Source of the DNA: Methanocaldococcus sp. 28A
GTDB taxonomy: Archaea > AGJL01 > Methanococci > Methanococcales > Methanocaldococcaceae
Reading direction: 5' to 3' (one strand)
NCBI GenBank assembly: GCA_049852185.1
Contig: CP187540.1
DNA length: 64,000 bases
Shown one piece after another: positions 44,281 through 55,051 of this stretch (position 1 is its first letter; each line of letters starts with the position of its first letter). The notes under the pieces were generated by a model. The model was not told the DNA's origin. It made no database searches and saw nothing but the letters and a program-made list of their open reading frames with translations. The translations under genes and the position numbers were made by a program.

Positions 44281-45219
44281 GTGGAGTTAATGATAGCAAA
44301 GTATATAATAAAGCATGGATTGGAATTAGCTTATGATATTAAGGCAGATGCATTTATGATTTTTACGGAGACAGGAAAATCTTATGAATTATTAAAATCA
44401 TTAAAAAAAGATAACAACTCAAAAATCTTGAAGATATTTAATAAAATAGTACATAATAAAAACTTAAAGATAATTGTTGCCACACCAAATGAGATAACTT
44501 ATAAAAAAATTACTCATGAAAATGAAGAAAATATTTATCCAGTGTTTATTAAGCATAGAGAAGATAATAGATGCATGATAATAAGTAGTGGTATTGTTCA
44601 TGCTTTACAAAGAAAGATATTAAAAGAAAATCATAGAATTGTTGCAGTAGTTGGAGAACCAAAAACCCCCGGGAAGTTGGATACAATAATGGTTGTTAAT
44701 GTAAAAGACTATGTAAAGACCTTAACTTTATATAAGCTCTTTGAAACATTAGATGAAAAACAGAGAAAAACTTTAAAAGAGGTTATAAAATTAGCCATGG
44801 AGATTGGGAGAGAGGGAAGAGAAGGAGAATATGTTGGAACAATATTTGTAGTTGGAGATACACTAAATGTTATGAACATGTCAAAACCTTTAATATTAAA
44901 TCCATTTGCTGGACACAATGCGAGCATATTTGATGAAAATGTAAAAGGAACTATAAAGGAACTTTCATCTATAGATGGGGCATTTATAGTTACTGATGAA
45001 GGAAAAGTAGTTTCAGCAGGTAGATTCTTAGAGACTAAAGGAGATGTTGATATACCAAAAGGTTTAGGAGCAAGGCACATGGCTGCTGCAAGTATAACAA
45101 AAAATACGAATGCCATAGCTGTAACTGTTTCACAAAGTGGTGGAACTGTTAGAGTATTTAAAGATGGGAAAATAGTGTTTGAAACTGACCCAAGAGCAAA
45201 TATAATATTCTTTGATTAG
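44281..45219 (+). CDS. dacZ: Diadenylate cyclase (DacZ-type, N-terminal pyruvate kinase C-like domain)
   Basis: EGREG, SIDGAF and GARHMAA DAC motifs, VSQSGG. Confidence 0.85.
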   Translation: MELMIAKYIIKHGLELAYDIKADAFMIFTETGKSYELLKSLKKDNNSKILKIFNKIVHNKNLKIIVATPNEITYKKITHENEENIYPVFIKHREDNRCMIISSGIVHALQRKILKENHRIVAVVGEPKTPGKLDTIMVVNVKDYVKTLTLYKLFETLDEKQRKTLKEVIKLAMEIGREGREGEYVGTIFVVGDTLNVMNMSKPLILNPFAGHNASIFDENVKGTIKELSSIDGAFIVTDEGKVVSAGRFLETKGDVDIPKGLGARHMAAASITKNTNAIAVTVSQSGGTVRVFKDGKIVFETDPRANIIFFD

Positions 45220-45227
45220 GTGATAAA

Positions 45228-46490
45228 TTGACATTGGTAGAGAAGATATTATCAAAAAAAGTTGGTTATAATGTCTATGAAGGAGATAGCATAGAGGTTG
45301 AAGTTGATTTGGCAATGACGCATGATGGAACTACTCCATTAGCTTATAAAGCTTTAAAAGAGATGAGTAATAGTGTTTGGAATCCTAATAAAATAGTTGT
45401 TGCCTTTGACCACAATGTTCCAGCAAATACAGTTAAAGCTGCTGAAATGCAAAAATTTGCTTTAGAGTTTGTTAAGAGATTTGGCATAAAAAATTTCCAT
45501 AAAGGAGGGGAAGGTATTTGTCATCAAATCTTAGCTGAGAATTATGTTCTTCCTAATATGTTTGTAGCTGGTGGAGACAGCCATACATGCACTCATGGAG
45601 CTTTTGGAGCTTTTGCAACAGGCTTTGGGGCTACAGACATGGCTTATATTTATGCAACAGGGGAAACATGGATTAAAGTGCCAAAAACTATTAGAGTTGA
45701 TATTGTTGGAAAAAATGAAAATATTTCTGCTAAAGATATTGTTCTGAGAGTTTGTAAGGAGATAGGGAGGAGAGGAGCTACATACATGGCTATTGAATAT
45801 GGCGGAGAAGTTGTAAAAAATATGGATATGGATGGAAGATTAACATTATGTAATATGGCAATAGAAATGGGAGGAAAAACAGGAGTTATAGAGGCAGATG
45901 AAATAACTTACAACTATTTAAAGAAAGAAAGGAATCTAAGTGATGAAGAAATTGCAAAATTAAAAAAAGAAAGAATAACAGTAAATAGAGAAGAGGAGAG
46001 TTATTATAAAGAAATTGAGATTGATATAACAGATATGGAAGAGCAAATAGCAGTTCCACACCATCCAGATAATGTAAAGCCAGTAAGTGAAGTTGAAGGA
46101 GTTGAAATTAATCAAGTTTTTATAGGTAGTTGTACAAATGGAAGATTGAGTGATTTAAGGGAAGCGGCTAAATACTTAAAGGGCAGAGAGGTTCATAAGG
46201 ATGTTAAATTAATTATCATCCCTGCATCAAAAAAGGTTTTTATGCAAGCGTTAAAAGAGGGGCTTATTGATATATTTGTTAAAGCTGGGGCAATGATATG
46301 CACACCTGGATGCGGTCCTTGTTTGGGAGCTCATCAAGGAGTTTTAGCTGAGGGAGAAATTTGTTTATCGACAACAAACAGAAACTTTAGGGGAAGAATG
46401 GGACATATAAATAGCTATATTTATTTGGCATCACCAAAAGTTGCTGCAATTAGTGCAATTAAAGGATACATAACTAATAAAATAAATTAG
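45228..46490 (+). CDS. hacA: Homoaconitase large subunit (LeuC family)
   Basis: HDGT, GICHQ, DSHTCTHG, IGSCTNGR, PGCGPCLG, STTNRNF; paralog assignment from gene context. Confidence 0.8.
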   Translation: MTLVEKILSKKVGYNVYEGDSIEVEVDLAMTHDGTTPLAYKALKEMSNSVWNPNKIVVAFDHNVPANTVKAAEMQKFALEFVKRFGIKNFHKGGEGICHQILAENYVLPNMFVAGGDSHTCTHGAFGAFATGFGATDMAYIYATGETWIKVPKTIRVDIVGKNENISAKDIVLRVCKEIGRRGATYMAIEYGGEVVKNMDMDGRLTLCNMAIEMGGKTGVIEADEITYNYLKKERNLSDEEIAKLKKERITVNREEESYYKEIEIDITDMEEQIAVPHHPDNVKPVSEVEGVEINQVFIGSCTNGRLSDLREAAKYLKGREVHKDVKLIIIPASKKVFMQALKEGLIDIFVKAGAMICTPGCGPCLGAHQGVLAEGEICLSTTNRNFRGRMGHINSYIYLASPKVAAISAIKGYITNKIN

Positions 46491-46574
46491 ATTTCAGTTA
46501 AAATCAATTTTAAAAAGATAAAGATAAAAAGTTCAAATGCTATAATTATTTTACATAAATTTTTCAGTGATACT

Positions 46575-47219
46575 ATGAAAGTTAGAGACTTAATGGACAA
46601 GAATTTTGCTAAAGTATATATAGATGAGACTGTTGAAAATGCTATAAACTTACTAAAAAAGAAAAAGAGATTTTCTGCTCCTATAGTTGATAAAGAGGAT
46701 AAGTTAGTTGGTTGGATTACAGCTTTGGAGTTGTTAGGGATTTCAGAGAAAGATTTCAAAAAACCAATAACTGAGTTTATGCGTAATAAAGAAGAAGTTA
46801 TTACTGTTTATGAAGATGATGAGGCAAGAGATGTAGTTCTAAAATTCGTTAAATATAAGGTTGTTAGTATTCCAGTTTTAACAAGAGATGGTAGAGTTGT
46901 GGGGATGGTTAGAAACTGTGATGTTGTTAAAACCTTAGCTAAGTTATATGAAATTCCAGTATATAAGATATTTAAGGAATTACACAATCATATTGGAGAT
47001 ATAAGCTGGGAAGAGTTGATGGAAGCAGCAGCAGTTGTAACAAAAAGAATGACTGGAGAGGATATAACGCCAAAAGAGTATGAAGAGAGAATTAAAAAAA
47101 CAACATTTGGGAAGGCTATCTGGGCTTGTGGAGGTTTGGAAAAGTTTTTTGTAGGACTTATTGAGATAGGAATGGTTGCATTAGCGAGAAGATTGGCAAA
47201 GATAAGGGGGGCTAAATGA
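46575..47219 (+). CDS. CBS-pair domain protein
   Basis: KVRDLM, APIVD..LVGWIT, IPVL..VVGMV plus C-terminal extension. Confidence 0.88.
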   Translation: MKVRDLMDKNFAKVYIDETVENAINLLKKKKRFSAPIVDKEDKLVGWITALELLGISEKDFKKPITEFMRNKEEVITVYEDDEARDVVLKFVKYKVVSIPVLTRDGRVVGMVRNCDVVKTLAKLYEIPVYKIFKELHNHIGDISWEELMEAAAVVTKRMTGEDITPKEYEERIKKTTFGKAIWACGGLEKFFVGLIEIGMVALARRLAKIRGAK

Positions 47220-47611
47220 GGATAGAGGACGAGATAAAAAATATAGTTGAGAGAAAAGATTATGATTTTTGGGAATTTTTAAAAAGGGCTTATGAAAATA
47301 ACATCAAATTGGATATTGGGCATTTCATTCTTTTAAATATTCTTATTGGTGTAAATGATTTATACAAAAAATTAGCAGAAAAGTTTGGAGAAGAAGAGGC
47401 AAGAAAAATATTGGAGAGGAATAAAATATTTGCAAAAAACTCTGATTTTATATCTGGTGAGTTTTTAAAGGATTATATTGATAGAAAAAGTAGAGTGGCA
47501 GTTCATAATAGGATAAAAGATTTAAAAACTATTGGATTTAAAATAGAGAGTAAGTCAGGACCTTTTGGTGGGTATAAAATAGTTGGTTATCCAGAATGGT
47601 TTAAGAAATAA
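47216..47611 (+). CDS. Hypothetical protein with C-terminal winged HTH
   Basis: ISGEFL..SRVAVHNRIKDLKTIGFKIESKSG..GGYK resembles a BirA/HTH_11-type wHTH; overlaps the CBS gene stop. Confidence 0.7.
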   Translation: MRIEDEIKNIVERKDYDFWEFLKRAYENNIKLDIGHFILLNILIGVNDLYKKLAEKFGEEEARKILERNKIFAKNSDFISGEFLKDYIDRKSRVAVHNRIKDLKTIGFKIESKSGPFGGYKIVGYPEWFKK

Positions 47612-47615
47612 TTAA

Positions 47616-47693
47616 TATGGGACTTTTACATTATATATAATTCTATTAATGAAAAAATTATGCCAAAAAATTTATTCCTGCGAAAGTCCCATA
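47616..47693. repeat. Palindromic intergenic repeat, family B (degenerate)
   Basis: TATGGGACTTT ... AAAGTCCCATA termini. Confidence 0.7.
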
Positions 47694-47808
47694 ATAGGTC
47701 TTTTTTTATATACAACTATAACAACTTAAACAGTAAATATTTTATACTCTAAGCTTTTTCAAAAAAATTATTATCTTAAATAATAAAAAAGTATGTCTGG
47801 TGATTTGA

Positions 47809-50445
47809 ATGGAGATGCCAAAGGATTACAATATAGAGATTGAGAAACAGATACAAAAAAAGTGGGAAGAAAATAAAATTTACAAATTTGATGAAGAGAG
47901 CAAAAAACCACCATATATTATTGATACTCCTCCCCCATACCCAACTGGTAGATTACACTTAGGACATGCTTTAAACTGGACTTACATGGATATAATAGCG
48001 AGATACAAGAGAATGAAAGGATTTAATGTTTTATTCCCACAAGGATGGGATTGTCATGGATTGCCAACAGAGGTTAAGGTTGAAGAGATACATGGCATAA
48101 CAAAGTCAGATATTGATAGACACAAATTTAGAGAGTTATGTATTGAATTAACAAAGGAAAATATTGAAAAAATGAGAAGACAGATAAAATCTTTAGGAAT
48201 TTCAATTGATTGGGATAGAGAATATATAACAATGACTCCTGAGTATATTAAAAAGTCTCAAACTGCCTTTGTTAGAATGTATAAAGATGGTTTAATTTAT
48301 AGAGGTAAGTTCCCAGTAAATTGGTGTCCAAGATGTCAAACAGCTATTGCGTTTGCTGAAGTTGAATATAAAGAGAGAGAGAGTAAGCTAAACTATATAA
48401 AATTCCCTGCTGCTGATGGAGAAGGGCATTTGTTGATAGCTACAACAAGACCCGAACTTATGGCTGCGTGTGTAGCTATATTAGTTCATCCAGAGGATGA
48501 GAGATATAAGAACTTAATTGGAAAAGAGTTTATAGTTCCGTTATTTGGGCATAAGGTTAAGTTATTGGCTGATGAAGATGTAGAGAAGGAGTTTGGGACA
48601 GGAGCGGTTATGGTCTGTACATTTGGGGATAAGACAGACGTTTTGTGGGTAAATAGGCACAAATTAGAGATTAAGAAAGCAATTGATGAGAAAGGAGAAT
48701 TAACAGAAATAGCTGGTAAATATAAAGGATTAAAGACAGAGATAGCAAGGGAGAAGATTATTGAAGATTTAAAGAAAGAAGGTTATTTAATTAAGCAAGA
48801 GCCTATAAAACAGAATGTTGGAGTTTGTTGGAGATGTAAAACTCCAATTGAAATTATTGTTACTGAGCAGTGGTTCGTTAATGTAAAAAAATTAATTCCA
48901 AAGATTAGAGAGGTAGCTGATGAAATTAAATGGGTTCCAGAGCACATGAAAATTAGATTGCTAAATTGGATTGAAGACATGGATTGGGATTGGGTTATAA
49001 GTAGGCAGAGAATATTTGCTACACCAATACCAGTTTGGTATTGCAAAAAATGTGGAAATGTAGTGGTTGCTAAAGAAGAGGATTTACCAATAGACCCAAC
49101 TAAAACAGGTTATATTTGTGAGAGGTGTGGAAACACTGACTTAATTCCAGAAACTGATGTTTTAGATACATGGATGGACTCATCTATAACTCCGATGGTT
49201 ATAACTAAGTGGTTAGATGATGATGAATTCTTTGAGAAGCATTATCCTGTCCAACTAAGACCACAGGGGCATGATATAATTAGAACTTGGGCTTTCTATA
49301 CTATAGTTAAGTCAATAGCTTTAACTGGCAAAAAGCCATGGGATGAGATAGTTATAAACGGAATGGTGTTTGGAGAAGATGGGCATAAGATGAGTAAGAG
49401 TAGAGGAAATGTTGTAGAGCCAGATGAAATTATAGCAAAGTATGGAGCAGATGCTTTAAGATTGTGGGCAAGTAATAGTGTTGTTGGAGATGATGTCCAA
49501 TTCTTATGGAAAGAGGTTGATTACGGTTATAGATTCTTAAGGAAGTTTTGGAATGCTTGTAGATTTGCTAAGATGCATATATCTGATGACATAATAGATG
49601 AGCTAAAAAAACCTTTAGATATAAAGAACCCAATAGATTTATGGATTTTAAGTAAGTTGCAGAAATTAATTGAGAGAGTTGATAGAGATTTAGAGAATTA
49701 TAGATTCAATACAATAGTAGAGATTTATAAGTTTGTATGGCATGAGTTCTGTGACAATTACATAGAGATGGTTAAATATAGGTTGTATGGAGATGATGAA
49801 AAAGCAAAAAAAGAAGCAAGATGGACATTATACTATGCAATAGATAAATTGATAAGATTGTTAGCTCCATTTGCTCCACACTTCGCTGACTATGTAGCTG
49901 ATATCTATAAGATAGATAACTTGCATTTTTCATTCCCAGAGGTAGATGAGAAATTTATAAATGAAGAGGCAGAGAGATTTGGAGAGGTAGCTAAAAATAC
50001 TGTCATTTCAATTAGAAGATTTAAATCAAATAAAGGAATGCCTTTAAATGCTCCATTAAAGTATGTTGAGATTTATACAGAGGATGAAGAGGCATACAAT
50101 GCATTAATTAAAACATCAAAAGATATAAAAGGAACATTAAAAATTAATGAGCTTAAAATCATTAAAGGAAAACCAGCTTTAGAATCAAAGATAATTGAAG
50201 TTATTCCAGACAAATCAAAGATAGGGCCAGAATTTAAAAAGAATGCAAAATACGTTATGGATTTAATTAAGAATGCTGATGAGGAGACATTAAATAAGAT
50301 AATCAATGAAGGTCTAAAAACAGAATATGGGGTTATTAGGAAAGAGCATATAAAAGATGTCAAAAGAGCTTTATTCTGTGAAGGAGAAGAAGTAGATTCA
50401 GTTGATATTGAAGGAGTTTTAGCAGTAGCAATAATTAGAAAATAA
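47809..50445 (+). CDS. valS: Valine--tRNA ligase
   Basis: DTPPPY, HLGH, DWVISRQ, LDTWMDS, KMSKS. Confidence 0.97.
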   Translation: MEMPKDYNIEIEKQIQKKWEENKIYKFDEESKKPPYIIDTPPPYPTGRLHLGHALNWTYMDIIARYKRMKGFNVLFPQGWDCHGLPTEVKVEEIHGITKSDIDRHKFRELCIELTKENIEKMRRQIKSLGISIDWDREYITMTPEYIKKSQTAFVRMYKDGLIYRGKFPVNWCPRCQTAIAFAEVEYKERESKLNYIKFPAADGEGHLLIATTRPELMAACVAILVHPEDERYKNLIGKEFIVPLFGHKVKLLADEDVEKEFGTGAVMVCTFGDKTDVLWVNRHKLEIKKAIDEKGELTEIAGKYKGLKTEIAREKIIEDLKKEGYLIKQEPIKQNVGVCWRCKTPIEIIVTEQWFVNVKKLIPKIREVADEIKWVPEHMKIRLLNWIEDMDWDWVISRQRIFATPIPVWYCKKCGNVVVAKEEDLPIDPTKTGYICERCGNTDLIPETDVLDTWMDSSITPMVITKWLDDDEFFEKHYPVQLRPQGHDIIRTWAFYTIVKSIALTGKKPWDEIVINGMVFGEDGHKMSKSRGNVVEPDEIIAKYGADALRLWASNSVVGDDVQFLWKEVDYGYRFLRKFWNACRFAKMHISDDIIDELKKPLDIKNPIDLWILSKLQKLIERVDRDLENYRFNTIVEIYKFVWHEFCDNYIEMVKYRLYGDDEKAKKEARWTLYYAIDKLIRLLAPFAPHFADYVADIYKIDNLHFSFPEVDEKFINEEAERFGEVAKNTVISIRRFKSNKGMPLNAPLKYVEIYTEDEEAYNALIKTSKDIKGTLKINELKIIKGKPALESKIIEVIPDKSKIGPEFKKNAKYVMDLIKNADEETLNKIINEGLKTEYGVIRKEHIKDVKRALFCEGEEVDSVDIEGVLAVAIIRK

Positions 50446-50491
50446 AAATAGAAAAATAACAATAAATTTTTAACTTTTTTATTTTTATTCA

Positions 50492-51367
50492 TCATAAACA
50501 TTTATTCCCATTTATTTTTATTCCCCATTTTGTTCTAATCTCTTTAAATCTCTCTTTTAATTTCTTAGTAATTTCTCCAACTTTTTTATCGTTTATAATT
50601 CTTCCATCAATTTCAAAGACAGGCACTATCTCAGCTGCTGTTCCTGTGATAAAGAGCTCATCAGCTGTATATAAATCATGTAAAGTTAATGGTTCTTCAA
50701 CAACTTTAATACCTTCTTCTTTTGCCAATTTTATAACAACATCCCTTGTAATTCCTTTTAATATACTTGCATAGACTGGAGGAGTTTTTAAAACACCATT
50801 TTTAACTATAAATATGTTATCTCCAGTTCCTTCAACAACAAACCCTTTATCATCCAATAAAAATGCCTCATCAACTCCAGCATAATTAGCTTGAATCTTT
50901 GCTAATATACTGTTTAAATAATTTAGAGATTTAACAGCTGGATTTAAAACATCTACTGGCAATCTTCTAACTGAGACAGTTATGACTCTAATCCCATTCT
51001 CTCCTAATAAAGGTGGCATAGGAATTGCTATACAGAAAATAGTTGGTTCTTTACATTTTCTGGGGTCTAAACCTAAATCACCTATCCCTCTTGTAACAAC
51101 TAATCTTATATAGGCATCCCTCAAATTATTAACTCTCAAGGTCTCTAAAACAACATCAATCATCTCTTCTTTTGTTAATGGAATATCTATACAGAGAGAT
51201 TTTGCTGAATCATACAACCTATCTATATGCTCCTTCAACATGAAAACAATGCCATCATAAGCTCTAATTCCTTCAAAAACTCCATCTCCATATAATAAAC
51301 CATGGTCAAACACAGAAACCTTTGCATCCTTTTCATCAACAAATTTTCCATTTAAGTAGATTTTCAT
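50492..51367 (-). CDS. ilvE: Branched-chain amino acid aminotransferase (PLP class IV)
   Basis: [37 protein letters not shown]; start ATG 51367 behind GGTGAGGGT. Confidence 0.94.
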   Translation of the reverse strand: MKIYLNGKFVDEKDAKVSVFDHGLLYGDGVFEGIRAYDGIVFMLKEHIDRLYDSAKSLCIDIPLTKEEMIDVVLETLRVNNLRDAYIRLVVTRGIGDLGLDPRKCKEPTIFCIAIPMPPLLGENGIRVITVSVRRLPVDVLNPAVKSLNYLNSILAKIQANYAGVDEAFLLDDKGFVVEGTGDNIFIVKNGVLKTPPVYASILKGITRDVVIKLAKEEGIKVVEEPLTLHDLYTADELFITGTAAEIVPVFEIDGRIINDKKVGEITKKLKERFKEIRTKWGIKINGNKCL

Positions 51368-51989
51368 ACCCTCACCTTTGATAGTAATAATAAAGAATAT
51401 AAAGTTAGGATGTAGATATGACGACATTCTGCCTAAATCAGAAGTTTCTTTAGGAGAGCGGGAGTTAACAATCTCTCTATGGGTTGATTCACAGTATTTT
51501 CCTTTTTTAGCCTTATGTATTAACTTCCCAAATGAATTTGAAAAATTATTTGTTGACATCTTTTTATAGATATAGCCATTAATATAATTCCTTTTATACA
51601 TAAAGTCCTTACCCACCTCTTCCTATACATCACCGCTCCTAAGCACTTAGCAACAATTTATGGTAAAAATAACTATATATAAAACTTTTTGTTTTTGAGT
51701 TTGGGAGTAGTATCTTGAAATTACTTTACATCTATTAATAACAACACATTGTTAATTAGTTTCCAGCTATAAAATAAATTAAATCAATTTAATTTAGTAT
51801 AATAAATTAATTTAATTTACCGTAAATTTTAAATATCAGAACTCACTATGATAATAATCCCTAAAACCTTTTTTAAATAATAGCCATAATTTGGTAAACT
51901 AGAATAAGAGTTACAATATGATTGACAAGATTTAGAGCTAAATTTACAAACCATATATAAAATATACCCCTATTATAGGGGTGATAGAT

Positions 51990-52568
51990 ATGGAGGTGTA
52001 TACCATAAGCGCACAGGCAAAAGATTTATTAAAAAAATTTAATAATAATAGGTGGAGAAATATGGATAGAGTTATACCCTTAATGAATGCAGTGGTAACA
52101 GGTTACGTTATAGCAGTTTCAAAAGTTTTGGGTAGAGGGGCTACAGCAATGAGTCAGATGTTAATTAGAGAAATTGGAGATGTAGTTGCTGAAATGGTTG
52201 ACCAAATAATAGGCGATGAACAACTTAAATATAACGCTGAAAATAGAACAGAGTTAATAAAATCAGCTTTACTGGAAATGGGTATTAGTAAGGACGTTGA
52301 GGTAATATCTGAAGGTAAAGAAAATGAAAAAATATATAAAATTAAAATTACTAATTCTATATTTCATCCAACACACATGGTTTTAGTTCATCAGGGTTAT
52401 AAAGAATTTCCCTTAAGTCCAGAAGGGTTAATATGTGCCGCTATTGTAAGAAAAGTTTTAAGGAGTAAGGAGGGAGGAAATTCTGAAGCACAAGTTAGAG
52501 TTAATACTAAACTTCCAACAGATGGTAAAACTCTAATTGTAGAAATTAAAGAAATAAATGCAAAATAA
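51990..52568 (+). CDS. Hypothetical protein (start uncertain: 51990 or 52062)
   Basis: Long open frame with SD-like sites before both ATGs; no family recognised with confidence. Confidence 0.65.
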   Translation: MEVYTISAQAKDLLKKFNNNRWRNMDRVIPLMNAVVTGYVIAVSKVLGRGATAMSQMLIREIGDVVAEMVDQIIGDEQLKYNAENRTELIKSALLEMGISKDVEVISEGKENEKIYKIKITNSIFHPTHMVLVHQGYKEFPLSPEGLICAAIVRKVLRSKEGGNSEAQVRVNTKLPTDGKTLIVEIKEINAK

Positions 52569-52827
52569 ATTAACACATTTAATATCCTAACAGTTTCACC
52601 GAATATTATGTCATAAATACAAAAAATAATATTTCATAATAGCAGTTTTAAATTAAATACTTGTTAAAGATAGGAGATAATAAATCCATAAACGACATAA
52701 GATCTTCGGAATATAAAATCATTTAATGAATTTATCAATTTATAAACAGTAATTTTTTAAATTTGTTCAAGGTTTTATCAAGTCTAAGATTATATTAAGA
52801 GGATTTATAGATGTGATGTCGAACAAT

Positions 52828-52976
52828 GCCCCAGATGCTCCAGTCATTGTTGCATATTGCACATTCGGTAGTTTTTTAAGTTGTTGCAGTATCGTGCATT
52901 TACCAACTCCTGGGTCGGTGATTAGGAGAATGTTTATATTCCTTCTTTTACCCTCTTTTTCTACACCTTTAACTTG
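52828..52976 (-). pseudogene. MCM helicase paralog fragment (Walker A region)
   Basis: QVKGVEKEGKRRNINILLITDPGVGKCTILQQLKKLPNVQYATMTGASG aligns by eye with QIKGVKKPGKRADIHILLITDPGIGKTVILRKIAEIPG of the intact MCM in this window; preceded by an in-frame TAA. Confidence 0.8.
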
Positions 52977-53029
52977 TTAAACTTCATTACAGCGCTATAA
53001 AAAGAGAATTAAAAATTTATGATAAATTA

Positions 53030-53232
53030 CTAAATAATTCATTAGATGAGTTAATGCAGGATTTATTAAAAAAGAGATAGAAGACCCAAAAAAAAGGACA
53101 TCAAAAGTATATTATTCACTTACAGAGTTGGGAAAGAAAGCAGTAAAAATATATGATTATGCTGAGCGGTTGAAGAAGGAACTGGAAAGCAAACAATCAA
53201 TAATGGCAATGTTGGAGACAACAACTTCATAG
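53030..53232 (+). pseudogene. Winged-HTH regulator fragment
   Basis: NSLDELM then frameshift to AGFIKKEIEDPKKRTSKVYYSLTELGKKAVKIY (HxlR/MarR-like wing); no start codon. Confidence 0.6.
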
Positions 53233-53486
53233 CCAGCAACATCGAAAATTCGAAAATCTATTTTTAAAAAATAATTATCCCTAAACACTAAATTTATTAC
53301 TCCACCTACTTTTTTTGCTTCTGTTCCAAATTTTACCATCTCATCGCAAAATTCTTCATGACTCATTTTATTTAACTTATCTTCTACTTTTCTAATCCAT
53401 GCTGGAAGCTCGTTATAATCTATATATTTTGTTCTTCTTATTCTATTCTGTTTTTTAAGGAACATAGCTCTAATGACTTTTTTCAT
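53157..53486 (-). CDS. Hypothetical protein, probably from an integrated element
   Basis: AGGTGG SD and 109-aa ORF; the C-terminal part overlaps the wHTH fragment and may be read-through. Confidence 0.5.
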   Translation of the reverse strand: MKKVIRAMFLKKQNRIRRTKYIDYNELPAWIRKVEDKLNKMSHEEFCDEMVKFGTEAKKVGGVINLVFRDNYFLKIDFRIFDVAGYEVVVSNIAIIDCLLSSSFFNRSA

Positions 53487-53564
53487 AATTCCACCTTATA
53501 TTAAAGTAGAAATTAAATAGTTTGATGTTTTTAAATCACAATAGCCTCTCTTAAGCCTCCTTTT

Positions 53565-53873
53565 TTAATTTTTTACCACTCGTGAAATAAATTTTCCTTT
53601 ATACGGATGAATTCCATGAACATGCTTAGTTCTTTCCTTTTCAGATAATAAATCAAATGCTAAATCTCAATCCAATTTAAGTCCTAATTTTTCTCCCAAT
53701 TCTTTTCTTTTTTCAAAAAATAATTTTTTGTAATAGTTTTCAATCTCATCAATAACCACATAAACTCTATTTTTGATTTTATACTTAGTAATTCTTCCAT
53801 ATTGCACTAAATAGGAAATATTATGCTCTTTAATTTCCTTACCAAACTTTTTTGTTAATATTTTTTTAGCCAT
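53565..53873 (-). pseudogene. Truncated DNA methyltransferase (M.MjaII-like N-terminus)
   Basis: ORF continues past TGA (53667-53669) as DLAFDLLSEKERTKHVHGIHPYKGKFI, then breaks off; HPYxGKF is typical of N4-C MTases; position after fae-hps matches recalled MJ1448. Confidence 0.72.
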
Positions 53874-53889
53874 ACATCTAAATTCATAA

Positions 53890-55029
53890 TTACTCCTCTA
53901 CATCTTCATCTTCATCAAAATAAAGCCTATAAGTGTCTATATCATAGCCCATCTTATTTATAAACATTCTAATTACTCTTCCAGGGTCTCTTGATTTTGT
54001 AATCGCTCTACCAACAATTAATATTTGATATTCTTTCAATAGCTCTTCAACATTTTCTACTCCAATACCTCCAGCAATTGCTAATAGGCAGTTTCCTTTA
54101 AACCTCCACTCTTTTTTAATCCCAAAAGTCTCTTCATCAATTCCTCTATGTAAAATAACTACATCTGGCTTTAATTTTAAAGAATTGTATAATTTTTGAG
54201 GTTCAGAGACATTCATCATATCTAAGTAGCTAATTAAACCACATTTTTGGCATTCGTGAATAGCTTTAATTATTGTTGATTTTGGTGCTACTCCACTTAT
54301 TGCTACTGCATTTGCTGTAGCTTCAAAAGCTAATCTAACCTCAACCCTTCCAGTATCTAATGTTTTTAAATCAGCAACAATAAAGCCATCAAAATACTCT
54401 CTCATTATCTCAATAACTTCCAAGCCAAATTTTTTAATTAATGGAGTTCCTGCCTCTAAGATTATATGGTCGCTCTTTGGAATTGTTTGTAATAAAAACT
54501 CCAAATTCTCCATTGTTGGAACATCCAAAGCAATTTGTAGATATGGAGGATACTCTAATCTAACATCTCTAAACCCAACTAATGGATGCAAAGCTCTATA
54601 CTTCTCTTTCTTTACCTTTTCTTTTGATGGATATTCATTTAAAGCTCTGTTTATAGCTAACTTTGTTGAAGCATAAAAGTATTGGAAGAGTTTTCTTTTT
54701 GTTAAGTTTGTTATTGGAATCTCTGGGACATTAACACTAACAACAACCTTTAAATCCTCATCTAAATCTAAATCAGCAACAGCCTTAGCAACAGCATATT
54801 GAATAACTCCATGAAATAGCTCATCTTGTATATTGTTCTCAATATTATGTCTTGGAACTACTAAGGTCATTGGCTTAACTATTAAATTAGGTCTTAAGTT
54901 TGCAAAAACACAGTTACCTCTTGTTAAGGCATTTGTGAAAACACTTTCCATTTCTTTACCTTTTCCTAATGCAACATTAACAATAGCTTTAACATCATTT
55001 CCCAAAACAGCTTCTCCAAATTTTATCAT
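53890..55029 (-). CDS. fae-hps: Bifunctional formaldehyde-activating enzyme / 3-hexulose-6-phosphate synthase
   Basis: N-terminal Fae-like domain (FGEAVLG, LRPNL, QYAVAKAV) fused to HPS (LQIALD, EAGTPLIK, ADLKTLD, HRGIDE, VGRAIT). Confidence 0.9.
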   Translation of the reverse strand: MIKFGEAVLGNDVKAIVNVALGKGKEMESVFTNALTRGNCVFANLRPNLIVKPMTLVVPRHNIENNIQDELFHGVIQYAVAKAVADLDLDEDLKVVVSVNVPEIPITNLTKRKLFQYFYASTKLAINRALNEYPSKEKVKKEKYRALHPLVGFRDVRLEYPPYLQIALDVPTMENLEFLLQTIPKSDHIILEAGTPLIKKFGLEVIEIMREYFDGFIVADLKTLDTGRVEVRLAFEATANAVAISGVAPKSTIIKAIHECQKCGLISYLDMMNVSEPQKLYNSLKLKPDVVILHRGIDEETFGIKKEWRFKGNCLLAIAGGIGVENVEELLKEYQILIVGRAITKSRDPGRVIRMFINKMGYDIDTYRLYFDEDEDVEE

Positions 55030-55051
55030 GTCACTCCCTTTAATTTATTAT

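Noticed and set aside
53667-53669. TGA in the methyltransferase as selenocysteine
   Set aside because: Context suggests TGG-to-TGA, the gene is truncated shortly after, and no SECIS-like hairpin was seen nearby.
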